A model generated the notes under the pieces. It was not told the origin of the DNA and searched no databases. It worked only from the letters and a program-made list of their open reading frames with translations. A DNA stretch of 63,980 bases, counting the filler, from Octopus bimaculoides (lineage: Eukaryota): the NCBI RefSeq assembly GCF_001194135.2. It is 8 parts of 7 records of this genome, joined end to end, with 100 filler letters (N's around TTAATTAATTAA, not from the genome) between each part and the next. Parts side by side here need not be neighbours in the genome. Positions count along the whole stretch, not along the records: positions 1 to 12,417 come from NC_068990.1; 7 more parts are not named here. The stretch is one strand, 5' to 3'. The translations under genes were made by a program, and so were the position numbers. Each line of letters starts with the position of its first letter. Positions within the stretch are counted from its first letter, which is position 1. Shown piece after piece: positions 1 through 12,517 of the stretch.

Positions 1-72
1 TGTGTGTGTGTCTGTGTGTCTGTGTGTGTGTGTGTCTGTGTGTCTGTGTGTCTGCGTGTGTGTGCGCGCGCG
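1..72. repeat. (TG)n/(TGTC) microsatellite
   Basis: Direct inspection of the sequence. Confidence 0.95.
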
Positions 73-269
73 TATGTATAAATAGATAGATATGGCAATG
101 TTTATATTCTCCCTAACCTGGATGTACTGTTAGAATTTCGTATCACAGTAGTATTTGTTTTCAGATATCATCTCATGTGTCCCTTTGTGTTTGTGTCAGT
201 CTACCACTTCTTGACAACCAGTGCTGGTTTGGTTGCGTTCTCGCATCTTAGGATTTCGGAAAGAAAACC

Positions 270-1273
270 CATAGAATAAGTGCCAAGCTTTACAAAACGA
301 AGCACTGGAATTGGCTTTCTTTTTGACTAAAATTCTTGCAGGCGGTACCCTTGCATGACCGTACTTCAATGACTGAAACATGTAGAAGATAAAAAGATAA
401 ACCAACTGACCAGTGAGAAGGTTAATTCAAAATAATAATGATAATAATAATAAAAAAAGGGTAACTGAAGCAAAAGAAAGAAGGCGGCATTGTGGTGGAG
501 AGAGATATGGAAAGGATACAAAGGAGTTGAGAGAAAGGCAGAAAGTCAGTGTGAGGAAGGAGGGAGCTGTTGCCGAGATAGAGCAACATAAAAAGGGGCT
601 AAACTATGATACGAATGAGTAGAAAGTGAGCTGTAAAGATATGTAGATATGAAAATTGAAGGATAAAACGATGGAAAGATAAAAGGATGCAGACAAGAAT
701 GAGCGGTATGTAAATGGAGAAAAAGTTTGAAACTGGTATTCAGGGAAAACTTTTGACAAGGAAGTAACAGAATGGTGAGTATAAAGAAAGAAAGCGATAG
801 AGAGAGGAGTTGTCGCATGGTAAGGAAGGGGGAAAGATTGTGTGCCTTTCGGCTTTAAGGAATGATGTATAAGAAATGTTGAGCTATAAGAGAACCGACT
901 GACCAGAGCGGTCAATTCTAAAAAAGAATAAGAAAGAAATAAGCCTTGAGGATTGTTTTGGGAGGGGAAAGTTTGGAAAGAGTACAGGCGGGTTGAGAGG
1001 AAGAGAGGAAAACAGAAGGTGGATGAGAGAAAGAGCTGAAGCAGTGACTAAACGCAGGGTAAGAAAGGGGGGAAACGAAGAGTTGGGTAGAAAGGTAGAG
1101 ATAAATAGTTGGGTACATAAGATGAAAGGATGGGTAGAAGGATACGATGATAGCAAGAAACATGGATGGAAACAATAAAAGAAAGTTACGTAAGTAGAGA
1201 AAATGATTGATAAATATTAAATGAAAACTTTTGAAAGGAAAATGCAATGGAAAGGTAACTTTAAAGAAATAGG

Positions 1274-1350
<77 letters not shown>

Positions 1351-1815
1351 TCGCATGATAAGGATGAAAGAGAATGTGCCTTTCGGTATTGAGAAAAGGA
1401 AGTTTTTGACAAACCAGGATCTAGTAAGTGGTAACTGACCAGTAGAAAAAGGGTAGCTTGAAAAACAGAAAGAAATCCTTGTGGGCCCCGTAGGAGTGGA
1501 GAGAAATAAAAGAGTACATGCAGATTGAGAAAAAGACAAAGATAAAGGCTTGCTACAAAGACCAAACAGGGTAGGCATATATAGGAAGGGAGATGAATGG
1601 ATAAATAAAAAAGATGGAGGGTTACAACGATATATGAAGATGAAAGGATTCAAACAATGGAAGAAAGTTATGTAAATAAAGAAAAGGATAGAAATATAGG
1701 TGTTAAGCGAAAACATTAGTCAGAGGAAGGAACGGAAAGATAAATACAAAGAAAGAAATATCGGTAGATATATAGATAGGTAGATTGACAGAGAAGTGAT
1801 CGTACGATAAGGAAA
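270..1815. repeat. Diverged purine-rich tandem repeat, about 3 units of ~500-540 bp, containing (GATA)n at ~1275-1348
   Basis: Recurrent anchors: ACTGACCAG at ~405/898/1434; GTCGCATGRTAAGGA at ~812/1349; AACAAT..AAGAAAGTTAYGTAA at ~1172/1654. Confidence 0.6.
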
Positions 1816-2181
1816 CCATGCGTGCGCAGTATGTATGTATATATTAGTGTGCGTCTATCATCAATATCTAATCTATATCTATGAGTATGTATACATTCAC
1901 TTGGAAAACATTAAAAAGTTTTTAAAATCCTAAGAATTACTAAGATAAAATACCTGGTGACGTCTACTGCATGAAGACTCTCAGTTAAGTGGAGACTTAC
2001 ATGCTTAATGAAATTATGCAATATATTTTGATTCATTAAAATTAAACTCATACTATATTATCCAAACGACTAAGAATTGTTTAAAAATCCAACCTTAAAA
2101 TATTTTGTAGCATTTAGATGATTAAGTATAATATGCAAGACACATGTATGAATATATTATGTATAGGAATATATTAATAAA

Positions 2182-2760
2182 CGAGGGGGTGCTGAAACGT
2201 TCCTGGCTTTGGATGAAAGATAATACAGTTAATAATACAGAAAGCTAATACAGTTAATACAGTTAATTATGATCTTATTTAATAATACTCCCCTCTCAGG
2301 TCCACACACTTGTTGCAGCGATCTTTCGGTTTTTCTAAGCCCTGTAAAAGAAATTGAAGGATGGGCCTCCAACCACGTGTTTCGCGATACCCTTAACGAC
2401 AGGAACTTTTCTGCACTCCTTTGTGTGTACGAGGACTGATCAAAAAGGATCGGGCTGGCGCTATAAAAAGAAAATCTCAACGCTTATAAGTTCGGCATTT
2501 AATATCTTGCACAGTAGTCCCCTTCTGAAGCCACCCACTTTATCCACTGCCGTTTCCAAAGATGAGAGCATTGCTGGATTCCTTTTTGAGGACAGTGAGC
2601 AGTTGTCTAGATGCATTCTCTTGGATTTGCTAAATGTCTTGAAATCTTGTTACGAAGATTGAGACTTGAAGATTGAGACATTGATCCACGATTCGTCAAC
2701 CGTTATGACCGTTTCCAAAAAAATTTTCATTTTACTTGATACAATCAAGGACAACTTGTG
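2182..2760 (-). mobile_element. Degenerate mariner (Tc1/mariner) transposon, C-terminal part with terminal inverted repeat
   Basis: TIR-like CGAGGGGGTGCTGAAACGTTCCTGGC at 2182. Minus-strand remnants TVITVDESWI (first catalytic Asp motif) and KDRCNKCVDLRGEYY (mariner C-terminus), with frameshifts. Confidence 0.75.
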
Positions 2761-2999
2761 CAGCTAAAACCCGTTCTTCTTTTCAAGACAACCACATTCT
2801 ACACACTTTACTTCCAAGCTATGAGCAAAAGAAGTGAGCGAGAACGGTATAACTTAGTGTGCAATATTCAAAGTCTATTTATTTCAAATGGCTTTAGTCT
2901 GTGTACTTTAGCTTCGTTACCAGAGCAACAGTCCCGATCCTTTTTGATCAGACCTTGTGTTGTTGTTGTTGATACTCCGTCGCTTACGACGTCGAGGGT

Positions 3000-3234
3000 T
3001 CCAGTTGATCCGATCAAAGGAACAGCCTGCTCGTGAAATTAACGTGCAAGTGGCTGAGCACTCCACAGACACGTGTACCCTTAACGTAGTTCTCGGGGAT
3101 ATTCAGCGTGACACAGGGTGACAAGGCTGACCCTTTGAAATACAGGTATAACAGAAACAGGAAGAAAGAGTGAGAGAAAGTTGTGGTGAAAGAGTACAGC
3201 AGGGTTCGCCACCATCCCTTGCCGGAGCCTCGTG
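3000..3234. repeat. Interspersed SINE-like repeat, truncated by gap
   Basis: CAGTTGATCCGATCAAAGGAACAGCCTGCTCGTGAAATTAACGTGCAAGTGGCTGAGCACTCC... resembles a repeat I recall from octopus DNA; family not verified. Confidence 0.4.
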
Positions 3235-3668
3235 NNNNNNNNNNNNNNNNNNNNNNNNNNNNNNNNNNNNNNNNNNNNNNNNNNNNNNNNNNNNNNNNNN
3301 NNNNNNNNNNNNNNNNNNNNNNNNNNNNNNNNNNNNNNNNNNNNNNNNNNNNNNNNNNNNNNNNNNNNNNNNNNNNNNNNNNNNNNNNNNNNNNNNNNNN
3401 NNNNNNNNNNNNNNNNNNNNNNNNNNNNNNNNNNNNNNNNNNNNNNNNNNNNNNNNNNNNNNNNNNNNNNNNNNNNNNNNNNNNNNNNNNNNNNNNNNNN
3501 NNNNNNNNNNNNNNNNNNNNNNNNNNNNNNNNNNNNNNNNNNNNNNNNNNNNNNNNNNNNNNNNNNNNNNNNNNNNNNNNNNNNNNNNNNNNNNNNNNNN
3601 NNNNNNNNNNNNNNNNNNNNNNNNNNNNNNNNNNNNNNNNNNNNNNNNNATATATATATATATATATA

Positions 3669-3758
3669 CTCTGGAGTTTCTAGATATGCATTTACATGGT
3701 CATCAGACAAACTATGACTTGCCAGATGACCTTGAAGCACACCGGTGAAACTCCAGAG
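3669..3758. mobile_element. Tiny MITE-like element (90 bp) with 12-bp perfect TIRs and TA flanks
   Basis: TA|CTCTGGAGTTTC ... GAAACTCCAGAG|TA, with an internal GGTCATC/GATGACC stem. Confidence 0.5.
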
Positions 3759-5073
3759 TAGCAAGTGGCTGACTCGATTGACGTAAAAATATTAACATTA
3801 GTTATTGTTTTAAGGATCAATGAGTATTGCCTTGAGGCTGAACAGCAACGGCAATATAATTCACAAGAGCAATACAACCTCGGCCGCCGCCAGTAATACC
3901 ACCCACCATCAATAACACCGAAATGAATTCATGGAAGACCACCACTACCATTCTACTACTTTTGGAATAACCAACTGGCAACAGTAGTAGTTGTATCAGC
4001 ATGAACGTAATTCCCGTAGCTACTTATGAAGTATGTTAACACAATGGCGTATGTGTAGTGTGAATGAGAGTGTGTATCCGTATTTAAGTACAGTGTGGAA
4101 TTATAATGGTTCAAGCTAGAGGTGATCGAAGTACGAACGACCTGGTCACCTTTCAACAAACCGTAATACGTAATCATACACTAATTCACCTCACTCTTTC
4201 ATCTTTTTGTCTTCTCATTTCTATTTTTATAACCCTAGAAAAAGATAACATATGTTGTTCTCACAAAATAATTGTTTCCTGGTGCTATTTTTTAACTTAC
4301 ATATTTGTTGTGGACAATTTTTTTTTTATTATTGCCGCTGATAGATGTCTTGAAAGAAGCTATCTGAAGAGGTACTGAAGAGAGTAGTGAGAAAAATAAC
4401 AGTAAAAAGATAGCACTGAATATCAAACTTGATGCGGGAGAAAAAATCAGCTGTATTACTTAAATATTAAAGCTTACGAAGTCTACAGTATGAACAAAAC
4501 ACGACAATAGGAAGAAAATTCAGTCAAATCCTCAAGAAGTTATTCTGTTAACTATTCTGACATGTTTTCTTGAATCAAATGTTCAGCATTAAAATGGAAC
4601 GGCTCTTGGATGGGTTAGAGGTTCAAACTCAACGCATTGTGCTGATAAGCACCATGACACTATTTTAAAAAAAAACAGTAGTTTCTGTGACAATTTGCAG
4701 AAAATAAAGCAGTTGGAACTTCTAATAAAAAACATCTTCTGGCTAGAAATGGCTGGCTTGAAAGGGTTTTGTGGCAAATTTGCAGTTATTTTGGGATTTG
4801 TATTTATTCAGTGACGCATTTCTCTACGAAAATCTTTTATTTGTACATATTGTACGGAGTATGTTTATGAAATGTAATTTTCATACTCAGTACGGGTGGT
4901 CTTCCTTGTTATTATGTCTGGGGTTTTCCTACCAAATCAGTCGGTAGGAATGCATTATCATTTTATAACACAGAAATCAAATCAAATTCGTATTACAGAA
5001 TTTCGCATTACGGTAACTTTTTTCCGGAACTCATTACTCTTGTGATACGGGGAATATCTATAAACACACACAC

Positions 5074-5115
<42 letters not shown>

Positions 5116-5414
5116 GCGCACACACGCACATATATATATATATATATAAAATATATTATACAACAATTCGTCACACGAGTTTTCGAAGAATGAGAAGGTT
5201 ATCATACGATGAGACATGTCGAAAGAATAAAAAATAGCAACTCCAGTACGAATAATTGATGGTGTGTGTAGGAAGAAATGGAAAACAGAACTGGGAAAAT
5301 AAGAGGAATTCAAACGCTGAGAAATGCGGTAGCTTTTAACGTTTCAAGAAAGGTCCAATTTTAGCGAGAACGGGTTCATAAATGATACTCCTAAGATTAT
5401 TTTCATTAATTCAT

Positions 5415-5530
5415 TTATTCTTTTATTCTTTTATTCTTTTACTTGTTTCATTCACTTGACTGCGGCCATGTTGGAACACCACCACAAATTGCTTTTAGTT
5501 GAATAAATCGACCCCAGAACTTATTTGATT
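5415..5530 (-). mobile_element. SINE 3' fragment
   Basis: Reverse-complement tail CATGGCCGCAGTCAAGTGAATGAAACAAGTAAAAGAATAAAAGAATAAAAG, plus ATCGACCCCAG core shared with other SINE copies in the window. Confidence 0.55.
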
Positions 5531-5845
5531 AAAAAGAGACGATGGGCGATGGCTAGAAGAATATTGAGCTTTATTTAATAACCAGTTGATCTAGCAAGCG
5601 GGGCCTCATATCAGTGAGGTGGGGCCGGTGCGCATTGTTGCCGTCGAGAGGTAGGCCCCCAAAATGGTGCGCATTCGCTTCTGATGACCTCATGCACTTG
5701 ATGGTTTCCGGTATGCAGAGCTCTCGACTGGTAGCACTTTTAGGTGCAAGTTGTTTGCAAAACATAGGTATCGTTTTGCCGAACTGTTAGAATACGGAGA
5801 CGTAAACACACTCACACAAACATACATAGACACATACATACATAC

Positions 5846-5878
<33 letters not shown>

Positions 5879-6806
5879 NNNNNNNNNNNNNNNNNNNNNN
5901 NNNNNNNNNNNNNNNNNNNNNNNNNNNNNNNNNNNNNNNNNNNNNNNNNNNNNNNNNNNNNNNNNNNNNNNNNNNNNNNNNNNNNNNNNNNNNNNNNNNN
6001 NNNNNNNNNNNNNNNNNNNNNNNNNNNNNNNNNNNNNNNNNNNNNNNNNNNNNNNNNNNNNNNNNNNNNNNNNNNNNNNNNNNNNNNNNNNNNNNNNNNN
6101 NNNNNNNNNNNNNNNNNNNNNNNNNNNNNNNNNNNNNNNNNNNNNNNNNNNNNNNNNNNNNNNNNNNNNNNNNNNNNNNNNNNNNNNNNNNNNNNNNNNN
6201 NNNNNNNNNNNNNNNNNNNNNNNNNNNNNNNNNNNNNNNNNNNNNNNNNNNNNNNNNNNNNNNNNNNNNNNNNNNNNNNNNNNNNNNNNNNNNNNNNNNN
6301 NNNNNNNNNNNNNNNNNNNNNNNNNNNNNNNNNNNNNNNNNNNNNNNNNNNNNNNNNNNNNNNNNNNNNNNNNNNNNNNNNNNNNNNNNNNNNNNNNNNN
6401 NNNNNNNNNNNNNNNNNNNNNNNNNNNNNNNNNNNNNNNNNNNNNNNNNNNNNNNNNNNNNNNNNNNNNNNNNNNNNNNNNNNNNNNNNNNNNNNNNNNN
6501 NNNNNNNNNNNNNNNNNNNNNNNNNNNNNNNNNNNNNNNNNNNNNNNNNNNNNNNNNNNNNNNNNNNNNNNNNNNNNNNNNNNNNNNNNNNNNNNNNNNN
6601 NNNNNNNNNNNNNNNNNNNNNNNNNNNNNNNNNNNNNNNNNNNNNNNNNNNNNNNNNNNNNNNNNNNNNNNNNNNNNNNNNNNNNNNNNNNNNNNNNNNN
6701 NNNNNNNNNNNNNNNNNNNNNNNNNNNNNNNNNNNNNNNNNNNNNNNNNNNNNNNNNNNNNNNNNNNNNNNNNNNNNNNNNNNNNNNNNNNNNNNNNNNN
6801 NAACAG

Positions 6807-6883
6807 GAAAATATTTTTATTCTCCGAATATAAAGAACCTGAAAAATAACGATATCCTGTTTGTGGATGGGAAAGAAAAAAAG
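6807..6883 (+). CDS. Candidate internal exon of an unidentified gene: (G)KYFYSPNIKNLKNNDILFVDGKEKK
   Basis: AACAG| acceptor just after a gap, AAG|GTAACA donor, 77 nt with an open phase 1-to-0 frame compatible with the exon at 8461. No family recognised. Confidence 0.3.
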
Positions 6884-7591
6884 GTAACAAACCTTTGACA
6901 GAACGAAGACCTTGCGAATGATTGATCGAAGTAGAAAATTATATAACCAAAATTCCAGGATTTCGACACAAATGCACTATAGTGTTTGCGTGTCTGTGTG
7001 TGGGGGGGATCTTGTGTGTGTATGTGTGTGTGTGTGTGTATGTTTGTGTGTGCGCGCTTGTGTGTGAATGTGTGTGAGTGTATGTGAGTGTGTGAGTGAG
7101 AGTGTCTGCTTGTGTGCTTCTGCGTGTGCGTGTGCGTGAGCCCTTGGAAGATTCCCACTTTTGGGAGATTACTTCATGTTTGAAAATTTGTTACTTCGTT
7201 TCCGTTATTTTACTGTTTCATTTATGTAACCCGGTCATATATCGTCTTGTATACCGTTATCGATCTCTTTGTGAGCCCTTCGTGGTTAATAAAGAAAACA
7301 TTATTGGTAATTGCGAAAATATCTGAAACGATGACCATAAACCTCGACGACGCCCATAACGACGATGACGAGTCGGAAGAGGGGGGAGTAGAGGAGGGGA
7401 ATGAAGGAGAATTATGCAGTTCCCGAAGATGATGATGACGACAGAAAGAACGACCAGGGCGATGATGAAAAAAGGCAACAGCGATTATCACCAAAAAGAG
7501 AGGAAAATCGCCGAAACAAATAACACTAAAAAAGCCTAACAACCAACCGACAGAAAAAATAACAAATATATCATACAAACAAAACAATACA

Positions 7592-7663
<72 letters not shown>

Positions 7664-8460
7664 NNNNNNNNNNNNNNNNNNNNNNNNNNNNNNNNNNNNN
7701 NNNNNNNNNNNNNNNNNNNNNNNNNNNNNNNNNNNNNNNNNNNNNNNNNNNNNNNNNNNNNNNNNNNNNNNNNNNNNNNNNNNNNNNNNNNNNNNNNNNN
7801 NNNNNNNNNNNNNNNNNNNNNNNNNNNNNNNNNNNNNNNNNNNNNNNNNNNNNNNNNNNNNNNNNNNNNNNNNNNNNNNNNNNNNNNNNNNNNNNNNNNN
7901 NNNNNNNNNNNNNNNNNNNNNNNNNNNNNNNNNNNNNNNNNNNNNNNNNNNNNNNNNNNNNNNNNNNNNNNNNNNNNNNNNNNNNNNNNNNNNNNNNNNN
8001 NNNNNNNNNNNNNNNNNNNNNNNNNNNNNNNNNNNNNNNNNNNNNNNNNNNNNTGGTTTCATTGATTCTTTATTTTGTTTTTACTTCACTTACTTGTTCT
8101 TTTATTGGATTTTGTCATTCTTCCATTATTTATTTATCTATTTATCATTATTATTATTATTATTGTTGTTGCTGTTGTTATTGTTGTTATTATTTAGTGA
8201 AGTGAAGAAATATTCTGTTATGGTATATTTGGTTTTCGTATTTTTGTATTTATAATAATAAAAATAATAATAATCATTATTATTATTATTATCATCATCA
8301 TCATCATCATCATCTTCATCATTGTCGTCGTCGTCATCATCATCATCATCATCATCCTCATCATCATCATCATCATCTTCATTGGTTGTTTGGCTTTTCC
8401 AGACGTGATTTACTTCGATCTGTATGTTTGAGAATAAATATTGTTTGTTTTCCCTTTTAG

Positions 8461-8550
8461 GAGTTTGTTACATTGGAAACTGAAAGGAAATTGCCACCCA
8501 GAACCTCTCCTTCACCACTTTCACAAGCGAAGACTTTCCCGCTCCAATAG
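8461..8550 (+). CDS. Candidate terminal exon: EFVTLETERKLPPRTSPSPLSQAKTFPLQ*
   Basis: Strong acceptor TTTGTTTTCCCTTTTAG|; phase-0 frame continues exon 6807-6883 to a TAG. No family recognised. Confidence 0.3.
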   Translation, partial: EFVTLETERKLPPRTSPSPLSQAKTFPLQ

Positions 8551-8649
8551 ACACCGACATAATCACCATCAAATGTTCTCGCAGACACAGTTAAAACGGA
8601 ATAGCAATATTGGACGCAACACTAACAACCTGCTGAAACATCACAAATA

Positions 8650-9225
8650 TTACCTTCAAATTTTGGCACAAGGCCAACAGTTTCGAAAGCGAAGTTAAGT
8701 TGATTGCATCGACCCCAATATTCAAATGATTCTTATTTTATAGACCGTGAAAGCATAAAAGGTGCAGCAGACCATGGTGAAATTTGAACTCAAAATATAA
8801 ATACGGACGAAATGACGCTAAGCATTTTGCCCGGCGTGCTAACATTTCAGCTAGCTCGCCGCTTTGAACATCACCAATATCAGTTTGAAATTTTGGCAGA
8901 AGGCCGGGAATTTTGGCGGGAGGGGATAAGTCGATTACATTGACCCCCAGTGTTTAACTGATACTTATTTCATCGATCCCGAAAGGACGAAAGGACGAAA
9001 GGCAAAGCTGACCTAGGCGGAATTTGAACTCAGAATGTAAAGACGGACGAAATGTTTCTGAACATTTTGACCGGTGTACTAACGATTCAGCCAGCTCGCC
9101 ACCTTGAATATCACCTATATTTCTTTCTGCTATAGGCACAACGCCTGAAATTTGGGGGCATGGGGATAGTCGATAACATCGATTTCAGTGCTCAACTGAT
9201 TTGTATTTTATCGAACCCGAAATCT
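8650..9225 (-). mobile_element. Cluster of 2-3 tRNA-derived SINE copies
   Basis: Reverse complement of the GGCGAGCTGGCAGAA head (A box, GTTCAAATT B box) and the CCTTTCGTCCTTTCGGGATCGATGAAATAAGTA core. Confidence 0.8.
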
Positions 9226-10274
9226 TTTACTTGACAATAAACCTATTTGTTAAATACTGTTAAATAAATACATGTAAAAATATATTTTATTTTAAGCAAA
9301 TATTTATGTATAAATTTCAAGGGCCCTAAGGTAAAGCCTGAAATATAAAGGGATCCGCAAGTCAAAAAGTTTGAAAACCCCTGGTCTTCATGGTACTGCA
9401 AAGATCCCACAACGGTCCTAGAATGGTTTCGTCTGACGAGAGGAAATGCAAATACAATGAGAGTTATATGAGAAAACATAGATACCAGAGGAACTATTTC
9501 CGTCAGCAGAGACAAAAGCAAGGAAGATTCTTCTTTTTCTCTGCCAACAATAAAAACATTACCACAACAAGTACAACAAAAACACAAAAGCAACTACAGA
9601 ACAAAATTGGCAGAAGGAAACTGTGTGAATGCCAGTCGTATGCATGTGTGTTTGTGTGTGCGTGTTTAACTCTGAATTTTTTAACTTTGACAACGCTTGA
9701 GAAGCGATGTCTGTTTGTGTCCCGTAACTTATTGCTACGATAGATAGATAACACTAAAATAGGTACCTCAATCATACATAAGTGCTGGAATTAATATGAT
9801 CAGCTAAAAATACTTAAACACTTCAAGGCGCTGTCACAGTCTGGCAACAGTTACACACATACTCACGCAAATATATATATATATATATATATANNNNNNN
9901 NNNNNNNNNNNNNNNNNNNNNNNNNNNNNNNNNNNNNNNNNNNNNNNNNNNNNNNNNNNNNNNNNNNNNNNNNNNNNNNNNNNNNNNNNNNNNNNNNNNN
10001 NNNNNNNNNNNNNNNNNNNNNNNNNNNNNNNNNNNNNNNNNNNNNNNNNNNNNNNNNNNNNNNNNNNNNNNNNNNNNNNNNNNNNNNNNNNNNNNNNNNN
10101 NNNNNNNGACCGCAGCTTTAACTTTTACTTGATAGCTTATTTAACTAGACTCATTATATTCTTCATCAACACGAGTTGTGTAATAAATTTGAATCTACAT
10201 TCAGCATTGAGGCTCCGATCCGTTGATATTCTCCATTCGAAGAATCGTAAGAGTGTTGTAAATAATTTGTCTCT

Positions 10275-10480
10275 ATTCTAGGCACAAGGCCCGAAATTTT
10301 TGAGGAGAGGGCCAGTCGATTAGATCGACCCCAGTACGCAACTGCTACTTAATTTATCGACGCCGAAAGGATGAAAGGCAAAGTCGACCTCGACGGAAGT
10401 TGAACTCGGAACGTAGCGGCAGACGAAATACTGCTAAGCATTTCGCCCGGCGTGTTAACGTTTCTGCCAGTTCGTCACCT
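10275..10480 (-). mobile_element. tRNA-derived SINE
   Basis: Same head and core as the 14643 and 21339 copies, reverse orientation. Confidence 0.85.
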
Positions 10481-12210
10481 TAAAGTGTTGTAAATAATGC
10501 TTTGCATTTTTTCTTGTTCTTAAGGTTCAAATCGGGATACCTGTATCCGACTATACTGTTCCTTAGTAAATTGGTGTCCTTGTGGCCAAATCTTCAAACA
10601 TTAAACTATGCTCACACACGCATGCGGAAGCTGAAGAACTTAACCATTTAAATTTTAATTCAAAAGTTTTTATATATGTATGCATATATGTCTATATGTA
10701 CACATATGTATATATGTACATATACATTTATTTGTGCGTGCGTGTGTGTGTGTGTGTGTGTGTGTGCGTGTGTTTATAACGGGATTTTTTTTCAGTTTTC
10801 GTCTACTGAATACGCTCACAAGGCTTTCATCTATCCAGAGCTTTAGTGGAAGACATTGGCCCCCAAGCTGGCGCACAGAGGGACCGAAATTTTGTCCTTT
10901 ACCTGTTTCAGTCATTCGGTTGGGAAACAATCTTGAGTTTGAAATTTATATTTGTTGTTGTATTTCAGACGAAATAAAAGAAAACACGCAATGTTATTAA
11001 TATTATCATCATTATTATTATTATTGTTGTTGCTGTTGTTGTTAATTTTTTTTATCTTATTTAATCATTTTATTGTTATGATGAAAGCGTTCCGTCACGC
11101 ATCTTTGACTTGTACGCTAAAATTTCTCCCTAGATATGAGTGAACAGGTCTCAAGTGTGTAACAGTAGACGGTGATGTTAACAAATATATAATTAAATAA
11201 TAAAGTCGCTGATAATAGTCACAATGAATGCATGTGCTTATATTTGTTGTAGTTTAATCTTAGGCCAGCCCTGACCAAGCAGACTTATGATCAAAGACAA
11301 CGTTGCTTTGAGCATCAGGCATTGTCTGAAGAAGTAAACTGCCTTTCTTAACTTATTCTTTCAAGACGCCATGGTATGATTTGAGGAAGACTTAGTTTTA
11401 GTAGTTTTTGCTGTTTAAGCCTAGTTTAGCCTTGACTTTAGTCATAATAATTAAAATACACCGAAAATCCTTTATTTTCTCGAACGTTTATTATAAGCGC
11501 CTATTATAAGCGGGGTCCGGCTGCTATTTCTAGCATTTGAGTGTTGTTTGTGTATTACAATTAATAATAGCTGTCGATAACCAACAAGACGTTTAAACAA
11601 ACGCATTCTATCTACAGGTATTTAATCCTGTGAAATTGGAATTATCTGTATTGCAGAATTATCTTATCCAAAATATTATTCTTTTTTTATGATAACAGGC
11701 CATTTTCTTTTTTAAAGGGAACAAATTTGACAGTAGTAGACTGGTCATTTGTCTGAAAGTCTTTCCACTGGCTAATTTGCATATGCTTATGGTTCTTCCG
11801 GACAGTAATAATATGTATTTCAATACACGATATCAAATTACATTATGAGAAATAGTTTTTATATGATCCATCCACCTGTTTTCACCCATTAGTCAAGAAA
11901 CGAAGGGTTACATCAATAGCCTTTCTTTTTCTAGTTTTCCGGAGCTGGTGAAATGAAGAGGAGCCTTGCTCGTATGCTTTGAACAGAGTTATTTCAGCTA
12001 AATGCATCCAAACTTCTTGCAGTGATTTTAAGCCGAGTGATAGATTAAATCTACAGCTCCATGGTGACAAAACAGCCCAAATATGATGCATGAAATTGAC
12101 CACTACGCTAGAGATATTAACCAATTCTTTTCCAAATAATAACTTTTTGTTTTAAAACAAAAAAATAAATAATAACGACTAATCAGATAATGTATTCCTA
12201 AATATATTAT

Positions 12211-12382
12211 AGGCGTGGGTGTGGCTGTGTGGTAAGTAGCTTGCTTACGAACCACATGGTTCCGGGTTCAGACCCATTACGTGGCACCTTGGGCAAGTGT
12301 CTTCTACTATAGCCTTGGGCGGACCAAAGCCTTGTGAGTGGATTTGGCAGACGGAAATTGAAAGAAGCCCGTCGTATATATG

Positions 12383-12385
<3 letters not shown>
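12211..12385 (+). mobile_element. tRNA-derived CORE-type SINE
   Basis: A box TGGCTGTGTGG, B box GGTTCAGACCC and CORE-like GGCACCTTGGGCAAGTGTCTT. Related copies at ~13705-13825 and ~62235-62400. Confidence 0.75.
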
Positions 12386-12417
<32 letters not shown>

Positions 12418-12517
12418 NNNNNNNNNNNNNNNNNNNNNNNNNNNNNNNNNNNNNNNNNNNNTTAATTAATTAANNNNNNNNNNNNNNNNNNNNNNNNNNN
12501 NNNNNNNNNNNNNNNNN
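12418..12517. other. Artificial scaffold linker (44N-TTAATTAATTAA-44N); repeated at 18053-18152, 22921-23020, 39205-39304, 47490-47589, 59760-59859 and 61754-61853
   Basis: Identical 100-bp construct seven times; TTAATTAATTAA places stops in all six frames. Confidence 0.95.

Noticed and set aside
7310-7520. Acidic Asp/Glu-rich ORF pieces
   Set aside because: Needs a frameshift, has no clear splice sites and has low-complexity composition.
3081-8062. ORFs containing long X runs (also at 45.3-46.0 kb and 62.5-63.3 kb)
   Set aside because: Artefacts of translating through N gaps and microsatellites.
8461-8483. GVCYIGN peptide resembling a Frizzled loop motif
   Set aside because: Followed immediately by a stop, with no other Frizzled sequence nearby.
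9430-9460. CTGACGA-GAG-GAAA hammerhead-like core
   Set aside because: Only 3 nt between the core halves, so stem II cannot form, and there are no flanking stems.
10205-10246. 42-nt candidate exon LRLRSVDILHSKN with a GTAAGA donor
   Set aside because: Isolated, with no partner exon or homology, and it lies downstream of the putative stop at 8550.
11882-12124. 80-aa minus-strand ORF with faint Tc1 C-terminal flavour (HIWAVL..LQEVW)
   Set aside because: No catalytic motifs or TIRs; similarity too weak.
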